Shown: positions 14,281 to 27,826 of the stretch, one piece after another | How positions within the stretch are numbered: the stretch's first letter is position 1 | Layout of the letters: the number at the start of each line of letters is the position of its first letter | Assembly (NCBI RefSeq): GCF_009914755.1 | Contig: NC_060927.1 | DNA: 64,000 nucleotides | Strand: one strand, 5' to 3' | Origin: the human T2T-CHM13v2.0 reference genome, Homo sapiens | Notes under the pieces: model-generated | The model's database searches: none | The model's input: only the letters and a program-made list of their open reading frames with translations | What the model was told of the DNA's origin: nothing | Translations under genes and position numbers: made by a program

Positions 14281-15139
14281 GGAAAAAGAGCAAAAATTCA
14301 CCGTGCTTTTGCCATTCTTTCTTCTCTTTCCTTCTACCCCTCCAAAGAGCTTTAGGAGGTGGTTTCTGTTATGACAGTGGTAGTGGTGGTTGCTATAGAA
14401 TGAGAGCATTTTAAAATTCATTTGGTTGTGAGCTACTGGGGGACAGATGGGAATCCTTTACTCCCCATAAGGTCCCTGGAGATACCCAGGCCTGTTCAAA
14501 TACCATAGCTAGTTATCACAGCATAAAGAAACAGCCAGAAATGCTTGCCCAGGAGCTACCCAGGTTTGCTGGAAATTCAACAGGATCAATGGACAAAAAT
14601 GTGCCTCAACAAGATATTGGAGGGGTCAGATCGTTCGTTGACAGCCCTGATGTGTAGGCCCAAGGAATGATGCTGACCAGATCCTGCCAGCAATCTGGGA
14701 GCTGGAAGGCCTACCAAGTATAATCTGGAATCTTTTGAAGAGCCAATTATTCAGGGCCTGGAGATTTGACAGGAAGAAATTTCCTGTGTCCTTGTTTCCC
14801 CTTCAGAGAACAGAAAAGGACAAGCTTCTTGCTAACTACTCCATTTCCCTCCTCTCTACCCCAAATCCAAAGACAATTTTAATATTTTAGAAAATACTAA
14901 GAGAGAGGACTGCTTGTGAAAGAGGGAAGTAGTCATAGAAGATCGATTGACTGATTGACTAAACCTTCCCAGTTTCTTCATCCACACACGTGTGCACTCA
15001 ACTGCCATAGGACATCATGCGTGCCTTGGGTCATCTGGGAGTGAAGAGATGACTTACTTAGTCCTTGTCCCCAAGATGCTCATGCTCTCTGGTTAAGGTC
15101 TTAATACATTAAATCTTAAGAAACTACAAAAATATAAAG

Positions 15140-15330
15140 TAGGGATTGACGCACTACAGCCCATGGACCAAATTCAGCTTACCATCTGTTTTTGTCGATA
15201 AAGTTCTAATAAAACACGAATATACTCATTCGCATAGGCTCTTGTACATTAATGGCAGAACTGAGTAGTTGCAAGGCAAAACCTAAAATATTTACTATCT
15301 GGATCTTTAGAGAAAGTTTTCCAATTCATG
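15140..15330 (+). mobile_element. MER58A hAT MITE
   Basis: CTACAGCCCATGGACCAAATTCAGC...CCTAAAATATTTACTATCTGG. Confidence 0.8.
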
Positions 15331-16905
15331 ATACAGACCATAGTGCATATCCCAGAATAGGAAGATGGTGGTGGGATCTGAGGAGGTATCCCAGAGGAGG
15401 CAATACCAAAGCTGAGACACGAGGGATGCATGGGAATTAACCAAACAAGGCTGAGAAGTCAGGGGAGGCCAAGACAGAGGGGACTGCCTGTGCCAAAACA
15501 GGGAGATAAAAGAGAGTGCAGTAGGTCCTCGGAATTGCAGGAATGGCCAGACCGGAGATGTGGGCTGTGGCCACATTATGATTCTTCAAAAGTCAAGAGG
15601 ATCCTTGAAAGTTTTAAGCAGAGGCAGGGCTGATCGAGTTTGCTTTCTTGAAAGTTCACTCTGCAGTGGAGTACAGTGAGCAAAGGATGGGTTGAAAGTG
15701 GACTGCTTCCTTTCCCTCCCATTTTCCCCTCCTCCACCTCTCAAAATATTTAGCCTCTTGGAATCAGGCCGGTGTAAGTGTCCAAAACTGCCTGACCTTG
15801 CCCTGGTGGCCTGGGGATACCCACATGACCTTGTGGCCCTCCAGTCTGCCATGGTCTTGTCCTTCCCCACTCAGGGCCACCTGGTCCTACGCATAATGTA
15901 GGAGCAGGGGGAGTGGGGGCTTAGGATCCAATTTCTCCACTTGACACTTGCAGCCCCTTCAGCCTCCAGACAGAAATTTGAGTGGCAGTAATGGGATAAA
16001 CAGTTTAATTTAATAGTAACAGAAGAACTGGGCCCAGTGCAAGGAATCTCATTGCCCTTTTTCAAAGTGACTTTCCTTTCAATGCATGATGTAGCAGGGC
16101 CATTGGGGATGCAGAGAAATACAAGGGATTGATTTTGCCTGGCAAGGGGTCAGATTGTAAGAAGCGAGTTTAATAGTCATGCTATGAAAGGGACATGGAA
16201 AAGGATAGAGACAGATCACACCTGCAGTAGGTGAAGTTAAGGATGAGACAAAAGGGAAAAAATATATTTTGTATCTCTGAATGTGAACTACTGTATACCT
16301 TTACAAAATAATTAATAGCTATCCCCTATGTTCAATATCTTTGGGGCTTTATTTTTGCTTCTTTATTTAAAGGAACAAAACTTTCTTGCTAAAGGCATAT
16401 TTTTGGTTCCTTCACTTATAAAGTTACTAAATGTAAAACTTGCTAAAATGTTTCCAACTTAAATTCATGAAAGTTACTTCACTTTTAACATTCTCATCTC
16501 CCCAGACAGGAACCTCAAAAGTTGGAGCTTTTAATAACAGGCAGGCTGTTGCAGCAAAGCCTGGTGCAGGCAGGTATGGAGCACTTTCCCATGCCTCCTT
16601 TGCCCTTCTTGGTCATAAGCCAGGCCTTCTATTCAGCTGAATAATAGACAGGGTTCTGATAATCCCTGTCAAGCGTTCAAGGATAACTAAGGTATTAGCC
16701 AATTGGATTTGAACCTTGTCTGGAAGATAGAAGTTGGTCCAACTTGCAAGAAATGGGCATTCAGAGTGGATGGAGGAAGCAAAGATTTCTCTACAATAAA
16801 GTTTCATAGACAGCTGTATACCAGGCTGACACTTGAGGCCAAACCTTGTTTTTCACAGTGCTGTTGGGAGTACCACTGCCCTATCAGAAGCTGAGAGAAG
16901 GGAGG

Positions 16906-17323
16906 TATATTAGGCCATTCTTGCACTGCCTTAAAGAAATACCTGAGGCTGGACAGTTTATAAAGAAAAGAGATTTAATTGGCTCACGGTTCTACAGGTT
17001 GTACAGGAAGCTTGGCACCAGCATCTGCTCTGCTTCTGGGGAAGCCTCAGGGAAATTTTACTCATGGTAGAAGGCAAAGCAGGAGCTTGCACTTCACATG
17101 GCAAAAGCAAGAGCAAGAGGGAGAAAGAGACAGTGTAGGGGAAGTGGGAGGGAGCCACACTTTACAACCAGATCTTCTGAGAACTCACTATCTCTAGGAC
17201 AACATCAAGCCATGAGGGAACCACCCTCAAGACCCAAACCCCTCCCACCAGGCCCCACCTCCAACAGTGGAGATTACAATTCAACATGAGATTTGGGCAG
17301 GGACAGATATCCAAACTATTTTA
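16906..17323 (-). mobile_element. MSTA/MSTB MaLR solo LTR
   Basis: TATTAGGCCATTCTTGCACTGC...GAGATTTGGGCAGGGACAGATATCCAAACTAT. Confidence 0.9.
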
Positions 17324-17648
17324 CAGACAGCTCTCAATTATGCACTCAGAAATCACAACAGTGGCAGGAAAAACCACACGCAATACATCCACAAATGGGG
17401 ATGTGTTGCTTGTGGTTGTTGCATGGAGATGACTCTGCAATACATTCTCCAGCACCTTTTGCCTTCCCACTTAGATTTCACTTGATAAACTTTAATTCTC
17501 TGCACTATTTTATTCACTAAGCAGCTGGAAGTGTATGGAAGCAACTCATGTGGGAACAAAACTGTCTGGAGAAAATGTATGCCTATGTGAGCCAGCTCAG
17601 GCACTTGACTGAGGCGGATACTCTATCCCCCCTCTTTCCTTCTACCTT

Positions 17649-18011
17649 TGCTATGGTCTGAATGCCTGTGTCTCCCTCCCTAAAACTCACATGTTGAAAC
17701 ATAACTCCCAAATGATGATATGAAGAGTTGGGGCCTTTGGAGGCTGATTAGGTGGTGAGGGTTGCTCCCTCATGAAAGGGATTAGTGCCCTTATAAAGGC
17801 ACTTGAGGGAGCCCTTTACCCTTCCATCATGAGAAGACACACATAGAAGGTGCTGCTTATGAGGAACAGGCCCTCACCTGACACCAAATCTGTTGGCACT
17901 TTGATCTTGAACTTTGCACAGCCTCCAGAACTGTGAGCAATAAGTTTCTATTGCTTGTAAATAACCAAGTTTATAGCATTTTTGTTATAGCAGCCCAAAT
18001 GGACTAAGACA
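17649..18011 (+). mobile_element. MLT1A0/MSTD-type MaLR solo LTR
   Basis: TGCTATGGTCTGAATG...GCAGCCCAAATGGACTAAGACA. Confidence 0.88.
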
Positions 18012-20689
18012 ATTTTCCTTCTTCTGCTTCTGCTCTTCTTCTTATATACTACATAGGGATCAGGGGTTCTTTAAGGAGAGGTCTAGTTAGTACTTCGTTT
18101 GCTATGGAATAAAATAGAATCTTGAAATAATGCCTTCATTGTTGAACAGACAAGAACTCTGGACCTGAAGTGAGATATGCAGAAGTACAACTCCTGACTC
18201 CCTTGTGTATGATCTTAGAGAACTTGAGCAAGCAATTTCCCCTTTTATAGACTTATTTGTGTCACCTACAATGCCAAGAGGATGGTTCTGACTTCATAGG
18301 GTTGTTGAGATTACTCAATGAGATTACAAACAGCAAAGGTTCAGCCTGCGCCTGGGTGTTAGAATTCTGTTCCAAGAACCAAACATCTCACACACTACTT
18401 GATATAACAAGGTGGTCATGTTTACAGAGCTACGGGCACTGTTTCCTAATATCACTGTCACCAAGTTGCTCCATCCATGTTTTCATCAAGTGTTTGTGGA
18501 TCACATCTTATGTCCAAACCATGGGTGAGTGACAGCAGTTAGAGTGCGGATAGAAAGGAAGGGACGAGAAGTAGACGGTAGACAATTTTAACTAAATAAA
18601 TGTTTACTAAACTCATATCATACTCCAGGGCACAATGATCTTGTGTACAGAGTTATAGAGGACACAAATATGCCCACAAGGACAGAACTCCTATAATTAC
18701 AGTTTGGGAAAAATATGAAAGTGTAGAAAGGATATTAGGGTATCAAAAGAAAAGCCAGAACAAAACTAGGAAGGGCGCAGATAGAGAAACAGGTGTATAA
18801 ATTACACACAGACATCCAAAGCTTTTCTTTAAAAATCATGTTGCAGGGGCATGTATGTCCTCTCTCTCATCTATGCCTGTTGAAATGCCACACAATATCT
18901 ACCCCCAGTGCTACATCCCCTGAGGAGTCTTTCCACATTGTCAAAGGGTCACAGGAGGAATCTCAATCTTTCGCTCTTTCTCTGTCTCTCTGTTTCTCTT
19001 CCCTAAGTCTTAATATGTTATCTGTATAGGTTATATGTATATCTGTATATATGTATTTCTGTTCAATTACTTAGATTGGCTGTCTATATTGATTAGATTT
19101 TCCTTGCAGTTTGTCTGCGTGGACTCAGTGCTTCCTGAGTGATGGCAGCCATATGATTGAACCAAAGCATCTCAAATGGCATTTGCCTACCAAACCAAAC
19201 AACCACGTGTTTACAAACACAGCTGTAAAAAAATTAGGAAATCAAGAACTATTTACCTTTTCTTCCCAACACATTACTGCTACATGATTTTGTTAGAGAC
19301 CAAACAAGGGAACTTCAACTAGACACCGGGAGGTGCAGCTGTGTTTCTAAAAGCCATACGGGGTTTTAATAATTCAGAGTTTACATTAAATACCTCTCAG
19401 TATTAACAAGGTGCAGAATAAACTGCTGATGACGCCCTAGCCTTCAGATAGGATGAACTCTTCGCAGCAGCTTATGTTTTACATTGGCAAAGCAGGCTGT
19501 TACAGTCAACACCCTTGGGGGCCTGGAGTCAGTTTATCTTTCTAAGAAACCAGGTAAAACCAGGCATCTGAAGCTGTTTAAATACAGTCTAGAAACAAAC
19601 CAAGTGCTTGGCTTCCACCAGAGAAACTAGAATCTCGGCTCTCAATATGCAAACACTAAGGATGTTTGTTTTCACCTCTTTACCGGGAAGATAAACGTAG
19701 TTTACTCTTAGAAGAGGATCATTTGGGGCCATTTATTTCCTTTAACTTCAGATACAAGCAACAGAGAGGGACCCACAGTGTTTAAAAGCTGGGTCCTTTT
19801 GTTAGTAAGCAGGCCTAATGCCATGTGCTAATGTTGTGAGGCATTAATGGGAATTCCCAAGTTCTAGTCCAGGAGCCAAGCTGGGTCACCAGAAACTGGT
19901 CACATTTACTGAAGAAAGATCATCGCTGTGGATTTATTTCTGGGTCCAGGAAAGGGCATTTTGTTGGGATCTTCCTTGAAATTTTCCTGCAGACTTGGGT
20001 GGACTGTTAACTAATTTAGAGACAGCTAAAAATCCTTTTAGGTAGTGTAACTTTCACTTCTCCTAGGTCTTTGTTTTTATTTTTATTTTTCCCTTTTGAT
20101 AGAGCAAGATAAAAACAAAAGGGTGAGAATTCATGCCTCATCTCTTAAGCTACCCTGGTGATATTTACATATAACTGAAAATTGCTATAAATCCTTCTCA
20201 GTCTTTTTGTTGGTGAATTGTTAGAAAATGCTGGAATACTTTATTTTGGCCTGGCCCCAGCTCCATTTAAAATGCCATACACAGCAGGGCCGAGTTTGTT
20301 CATGTTCCTTTGAGGATAGGGAAGCAGAGGAAGTTGTGTAAGGGGTTTGGAAATGGATGGGGTGAGGGAGTAGTGTATAGAGAAGGCCACACAACGAATC
20401 TCCAACAAAAGATAGTTTATTTGTGCTACCAAATTCGCCTTTCAGGAAGAGGCCGTTTCTGACCTACAGCAAATCACAACTGAGTGGAGACTGCAAAATA
20501 GAGAATTGCTTTGAATTTCAAATTCAGTGAACTTGGAGCATCTCATCTCATTGTTAAATTCAGCAAGGAAAAACTCACGTATCCAAAGTTAAGATAAGAG
20601 AAGGGGAAAAAATAGGATGAAGATGATCTAAAAATTGTATTCAAAAGAGAGTATTCAAAATAAATAGAGAAGGTTTAAGTGAAATTCAC

Positions 20690-20752
20690 GTGTATATGTG
20701 TGTATATGTGTGTGTACATATACATGTGTATGTGTATGTGCATATATATGTG
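20690..20752. repeat. (TG/TA)n alternating purine-pyrimidine simple repeat
   Basis: Direct inspection. Confidence 0.85.
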
Positions 20753-20759
20753 AATTTTT

Positions 20760-20945
20760 AAGACCTAGATTCAGATCTTTAATCTACTACCTACTAGCTG
20801 TGTGATCTTGAGTAAGTTATAGAATCTCTCTTAACTTTAGTTTTCAAATCTGTAATAATGCCAACCTCATTGAGATGTTGTGAGATTGCAGTGAAATACT
20901 ACATGTACCATGCCTGGCATATACAATGTGCCCATCAAAAATCAG
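20760..20945 (+). mobile_element. MIR
   Basis: TACTAGCTGTGTGATCTTGAGTAAGTTA...TGCCTGGCATATA. Confidence 0.75.
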
Positions 20946-20979
20946 CAGCTTTAAAAATTGTATTCAGCATTTTAATATC

Positions 20980-21110
20980 ATGAATGGCAAACAGGTTTTA
21001 TTTCTAGTGTCAACTCTGAGTAATTCATTATGACTGCCTGACGGGGCTTTACAGAAAATTATAGGGTGATCAATTATTGATGTCTGCTAAGGCACAGAAT
21101 GGGAAAGTGT
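20980..21110 (+). mobile_element. MER103-like hAT fragment
   Basis: ATGGCAAACAGGTTTTATTTCTAGTGTCAACTCTGA resembles the MER103C start. Confidence 0.45.
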
Positions 21111-21486
21111 ATTTGTCGTTCTGAATCTAGTAGAAAGGTCACAAAATGTCAGGAGAACTGGTCTCTTTGCCTCCAATTAGCTGGACAACATGGGAACATC
21201 TTTTACTCCCTCTGGGTCTCATTTTCCCCAGTATAAAATAAAAGAGCAATAAGTTTTTGATTTCTAAGGTCTCTTTGAACCTGAAAATTCTGATTTTAAT
21301 CTGAAAAACAGCACCACTGTTTCACAGATTTGGAATGTTGATACTTTTTTTTAAAAAATTTTTCATTAAGTCCATTTGTTTATGTGAAGTTATTCTATGG
21401 TTTGGTTTTGAGTAGCGTCCATCATAACATAAAACAAAAGGGTGCATAGGCTGGTAAATGAAGTTATATTGAAAGCTTCTTGCTCA

Positions 21487-21670
21487 CTGGCTGTGCGCCC
21501 CTATTTCAGTCAAAACCTCTCTGGGCCTCAGCTTCATCACCTGCAAAAGGAAGAAAAATTATTTCTGTCCCCTCCTAACTCTCTGAGATGTGGAGCAAAT
21601 TAATGAAGTAACGTTTCTACAGCGCTTTGAACTTGTCAGAAGACAGATCTTATGTGATGCTAAAGTATGA
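21487..21670 (+). mobile_element. Ancient MIR-core SINE (MIR1_Amn-like tail)
   Basis: CTCTCTGGGCCTCAGCTTCATCACCTGCAAAAGG core; tail CAGCGCTTTGAA...GCTAAAGTAT. Confidence 0.5.
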
Positions 21671-22820
21671 ATATTCAGATGAAAATGTGGCCCAGAAATT
21701 GCTTCATATCATTGTGATATGAAGCACATTAATATCCATTAGATGTACTACAGCTTTATTGTAACACAGTAATGCTTCCAGAAGGAGAAAGAGATGGGTA
21801 AAAAAAATCCAGACTCCATCATTTTCCTTTTAAGTTGAGCCTTGTCTTTCCTTAGTGTAAATCACATGGTCTCCACCAAGGTTAAAAACATAGAGCAGAA
21901 AGAAGCTTGGTGTTGGAGTAGTCGACTCGGCAAAAATGGCCTCCACAGGGGTAGATATATGTTTGTTACTTAAATATGTTTAAAACCAACCTGCTATTGA
22001 AAATACACAAAAATGAGCCCACATAGAACAAAAATATCTTGGTCCTGTAAAGAGTAATGACAATTGATCCTAGTGCCAGAGTCTGTTCTGAGGAATGATG
22101 TCAAAACTTGCAAGATGTCACATTATTCCCCAAAGCCAACATTCCCAAGGATGACTGTATCAACAACAGTGGGACAAAGTGCCCTCAAATCTCACCCTGG
22201 ACAGACTTCTGGGATAGAAGAGAAGATACACCAGGATAGGTAAATAGAATAATTTTGCTTCTTCCTGGTCACTTTGAATCAACATCTTCAGCTACATCTA
22301 CCTAAAGCAAGGAAATGGAAGAAAATGGAAAGTGCCATCACTTGCCCCACTTGATCTTTCTTGTCCTCTTACCCATAGATTCTAGACAGCAGTGACGAGA
22401 GTGGCAGCCATGGCTACTGCTGTGCAATTTTGGAATGGAGTGCTGCCTGAGTTTCAGCTGAGGTGTGTCAGTATGACAGATTCAAAATAACAGGATGAGT
22501 AAGACAAATCCAGATAGATTTTTAAATAAAATGTACAATAAACTGATCCAATATTCTTGACAGACCACCCTTCACCTCCACTCCCTACCCTCTTAAGGTC
22601 TCTTTGAATCTAAGAATACTGATTCTAATCTGAAAAATAGCACCACCTTTGAAAAATAGCACTCAAGCCCCACCTTTGAGGATATCAAAAGAAGCCAAAT
22701 TATGGAGAGTGGGATTGTGTAAACAGATTGACAAAGCAGTTTTTGTGTGCAAGCAAATATGTGCTGTGTTATCCTTCGTTTTGCTTTTTGGGAGAGGGGT
22801 ACAACTACTATCATATGACG

Positions 22821-23030
22821 CAGGGTCAGGAAACTACGGTAGGCAAGTCAACTCCAGCCCATGGCCTGGTTTTGTATTGTGAGCTCAGAATGATTTTTAC
22901 ATTTTCAAATGGCTGGAGTGGGGTGTGGGGAATCAAAAAATATTTTATGCTGTGAAAATTAACTTTAATTCAAATTTCAGCATCCATAAATACAATGTGA
23001 TTCCACACAGCCACACTCATTTATGAACTT
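22821..23030 (+). mobile_element. MER58B hAT MITE (partial)
   Basis: CAGGGTCAGGAAACTACGG...GAGCTCAGAATGATTTTTACATTTT...CACAGCCACACTCATT. Confidence 0.75.
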
Positions 23031-24340
23031 ATCATCTACCTTTAAGGGCCCCCTGGAGAGCTTTGAATTGTACCCTCTGTGCTTGGAAGATTTACATGAC
23101 TGGTGTCCAACTCAGGCCTGAAAACTCTGACTAAAAGAACTGTGGCCCAGGGACCTCCTCCTTTCAGGGAATTAAAGGTGAAAGAAGTGTTAACCAGCTC
23201 CTCTGATGCTATCATGGGGAGAATGTTGTCACAGGCTGCATTTCCAGAATATGCTGGGAAAGGGATGCGTGAGCATTTCCCAAGGATCAGATATAAGACA
23301 GGTGAGAGAAAGTTGGTATGGTCTCTTCTTGATTGCCTGGAGGGGTCCTCATCAGGAAGAGATTCCCACTAAAGACCTAGAGGTTGAGAAAGGGGTCACA
23401 GGGATTACCTGGAATAGTGGATGCTTTGCTTTCCTGCTAGCCCAGAAGTTGCCCCGCCATGTACAAACCTTTGTATCCAGATAGGAGTTAACACACAGAA
23501 GGTAATAGGGAAGGTAAGAGATACTGAGAGGAAGCCGTGCTCTGTCCATTCTCTCCAGCTTTCCCAAGACTACTTTCACTGATTCAACTTGAAAGAGATG
23601 GGGGAAACCAGAAATAGATCATATTTGTTAATGTCAGTAGCCATGTTCACCCAACATACGGCTTACGCCATTTATCCAGCAGTTCCAATTACACCAGTGC
23701 TCTGTATCCATATTCTCATGTAAGTGTTCTGAAACTTTATGAGACTGATATTAATTCATCCATTTTATAGGTGAAGAAATGAAGGTTTAAATAGTTTAAA
23801 TGACATGTCCAAGGTCTCACGCCAGTGAGTGGCAGAGCCAAGATTTAGTCCTTGTGAATCCCAAATACATGCTCTTTTCCTGATACATTGGGCAGCTCTC
23901 ACCTTTGGAGTGATACTTTTGGTGTCACATTTGTGTCCAGAGCCCTCATAATGGTAGTGTTTATCAGGTACTTTTGTTGTTAAGGAACAAACATTTCACA
24001 GATTACCTTATGAGATGGGAGTTTACAGCAAGGACACACATTTCCCTAAGTCACCTAGCAGTGGAATTCAAACTCTAGTGTGGTTGTTCCAAAACTGCAG
24101 GTTCTTACCCTGTGCAGATGTCCTTACAGTAATAATAAGTGTATGGCAGTGGGACAGTTTAGAGTCATCCAAATGATTTTGCACATATTACTTCATTAGA
24201 TCCTTACCTTGCCTATGAAAGCAGGCAAGGAAACTATTGTCCTTATTTTTCAGGTGAGTAAACAGAGGCTCAAATGCTCAAAAAGTAGCACCCAAGGAAT
24301 ACTTGTTGAATAAATGAAAGAATGAATATACCCCACCCCT

Positions 24341-24341
<1 letters not shown>

Positions 24342-24373
<32 letters not shown>
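24342..24373. repeat. (GT)16 microsatellite
   Basis: Direct inspection. Confidence 0.95.
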
Positions 24374-24379
<6 letters not shown>

Positions 24380-24713
24380 CCTGTCACTGGTCTATGATAA
24401 TTTATTCTTTAATTACATGATAAGCCATAGAGCCCCCATCTCTGTGTCCTATATTTCCCAGCATAGCTTCCCATCCATTATCTTGTATATAATGGATGCT
24501 CTATAGATGTTAGTATAGAGTCTTGCTACCCTATAACAGAAGAGTCTTATTCTAGGCACATGTTTTATATTAAGTAGCATCTCAGTGGGGGGTCAGTGTA
24601 GCTGAGATGTTTATTTACTTCAGGGACAAACTGTGGGGTAGAAATAGATCATATTTATTAATGTCAGGAGCCTAGATATATACCTAGATATATATCCTGT
24701 TGCTTTTACCTAC

Positions 24714-25029
24714 TTTTGCTTTATTTTATTTACTTTTGAGACAGGGTAAGGGTCACACTCTCTCACCTAGGCTGGAGTGCAGTGGCATGATCATAACTCA
24801 TTGCACCCTCAAACTCCTGGGCTTGCAGTGATCCTCCCGCCTCACCTTCCCAACTAGCTGAGAATACAGGCATGAGCCAGGTAATTTTACCTGGCTAATG
24901 TTTAAATTTTTTGTAAAGATGGGGTCTCACTATGTTGCCCAGGCTGGTCTCGAACTCCAGGCTCAAGCGATCTTCTTGCCTTGGCCTCCCAAAGTGCTGA
25001 GATTACAGATGTGAGCCTCTGCACCTGCT
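24714..25029 (-). mobile_element. AluJ
   Basis: Dimer; TSD TGCTTTTACCTA/TGCTTTCATCTA. Confidence 0.9.
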
Positions 25030-25154
25030 CTGCTTTCATCTAGTTGACTGTATTTCCATGAAGTTAGCAGACATAGTTTGTAATTCTACTCTGCCATTTA
25101 TTGGCCATCTGACTTTGGACAAGACACAACATAAAATTGTGTCTTAAACTGTAA

Positions 25155-25520
<366 letters not shown>

Positions 25521-27419
25521 TAAACACCACGCCTGGCTTACAGTAGGTACTTGATAAATGGTAATCATTTTTATTGGACGTGCCCAGCTGATGGTTTGAT
25601 TTCCTGAGTTTTGCTATGATGTCTTCAGATCACAAAGAATAACATTTTGTTCATAGGGAAGGAACTGGGTTCTGCTATTATGTCCAGACAACAGGAGGCA
25701 AGGTCTGAGAGTGTGCAGATATACTAATCTGGGGGCCATAACTGAGGGCAACAGGTTGTCCACAAAACAGGCCAAATCAATGAAAGTCCTGGGATAGACA
25801 TGACAGAGCTATGTTTTGAGTTCCTTGTCTAACCTTGGAATTGGTAGATTTATTTTAAAATGTCCAATCCTGTCTTTTCCACTGGATCATTCTTTAAAAT
25901 GTCAGGCATATTAAACTGAGAGGATAACCTTTCATTTACCCAGGTCTGAACTCAGCCATTTTTGCCATTCTTATTTGAAAGCAGTGATTACTTTTGAAGG
26001 ATGAAAGGACTGGATGATTGGAAAATAAGATTGCGGAGAAAGATTTTTTAAAACGCTCTCTATCTGGACACATTTCCTCCCAAATAAATTGAGCTTACTC
26101 AAGAAATTAGATACCACTAAAGCATGATTTTCTTATTCATCAACTAATTAATCACGGATGCAATGGCTAAGGCAAAGTGATTTTACCACGTAGATATAAA
26201 ATGCGGTTTTGCAAGCAAAAACACAATTCTTTCAAAACAATTGATGAACATCTTTCATGGAAATGCCTCAAATATCTTTTCCCTGAACAAATAGGGTTCT
26301 GCTTTGGTCCACAATTTCTTTGTGCATCAGTTTCTTTCTAACTTTAATATAACAATAAATTGGGAATCCATGTTTTATTTTATTTTCTTTTGCTGCCCAT
26401 CACTCTGGAAGAACTATGTTGGCATCACTATTAAAGTCCATACTTGCCATTTTGCAAGCATTTCTTTTTCTGTTGATTGAATGGATAGTGTGCTCCTTGA
26501 AGGAGGATCTACTTCTTTTTATTTTTGCCCTATTTCCACCCCTTTACCTAGCACATAATAGGTAAGTAATAAACGTTCTTTGAAATGGAATTGAATGGCT
26601 TAGGTATTTCCTGCTGAGAAAGGCCAACCTTGGCAATATTTGAGTAACAGCAAATTAGGTGAGCAGGCAGGAGAAGTGAGCAGCAGTATCATTTCATGTG
26701 TGGTTAATCTGGGAAATTCACTTCCCACTAGTTGGAAGTATTTGATCTTCGGCTACATAGGAAGCCCAATTAGAATCTTCCACACTAATATTATTTGGTC
26801 ACAGACTCCCTTTACTTCCTTATATGTCACATTCTGCTTGGAGTGTCTCATGCCATAAAACACATGGCTAGGAAGCCTGTGGCAAATTGAATGTTCTCCA
26901 GACTCTCCTTCCTCGACTTGTCCCATCTTTTCAAAGTGTTTTCATGTCACACGTCTCCAGCATGAACGGAAGCATCCCCAAGTTACGAAACACTCACAGC
27001 CCACAGGCTGAAGGGCAGGCACTTGCTTCTAGCCCAGGCAGATAGAGCTGCTCTCCTCTGGGCAGCGGTCTTTGCAATAATAGCAGCATGTTGTTCTCAG
27101 TATCATCCCAATCTAAACAACCAATATTTAAATGACTTAAACTCTTTCTTTGGGAGTCTGAAAGTTTGCAGAAGACCTCACATGGCCCCTTTTGAATGCC
27201 TCAGTTCTATACCCCCTTTCGTTTTGGGTCACAAATGCTGTTCCTTTTCAAGCACTGGCTTGGGAGATCATTTGGATTTGATCCTGCTGGCCTGATACTA
27301 CATACTTGGCTGGTTGGGACTTTCTGGCTCTGATGATGATACTATACAGCAGGAATAATGAGTCTTAATAAATCAGTCACCCTGTTCTTTGGCAATTTAT
27401 AAGGTTCATTGTACAAAAT

Positions 27420-27500
27420 ATATGATATATTAATTATATACAATTATATAATTATATATTAATATTATATATTAATTATATATAATATATTTTTAATATG
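27420..27500. repeat. AT-rich low-complexity tract
   Basis: Nearly pure A/T over about 80 bp. Confidence 0.85.
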
Positions 27501-27808
27501 CAGTAGTTACCTATTATTTAGTGAACATGTTCCCAGACCAGTAGCGGATACCTGAAACCACAGATAGTTTGAAAGACTATATATACTATGATTTTCCTAT
27601 ACATACAATACCTATGACAAAGTTTAATTTATAAATTAGGTACAATAAGAGATTAACAACAATAGAACAATTATAACAAGATACTTATGTCAATGTGCTC
27701 TTTCTCTCTCAGAATATCTTACTGTATTGTACTCTCCTATTTTCACTGTGGTTGATAGCAGGTAACTGAAACCACACTGCAGTCCCTGTAGATAAGCAGG
27801 GACTATAG
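27501..27808 (+). mobile_element. MER44A (Tigger7) MITE
   Basis: CAGTAGT...GATACCTGAAACCACAGATAGT...GATAAGCAGGGACTATAG followed by TA. Confidence 0.85.
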
Positions 27809-27826
27809 TATTATGTAATCCATGTA

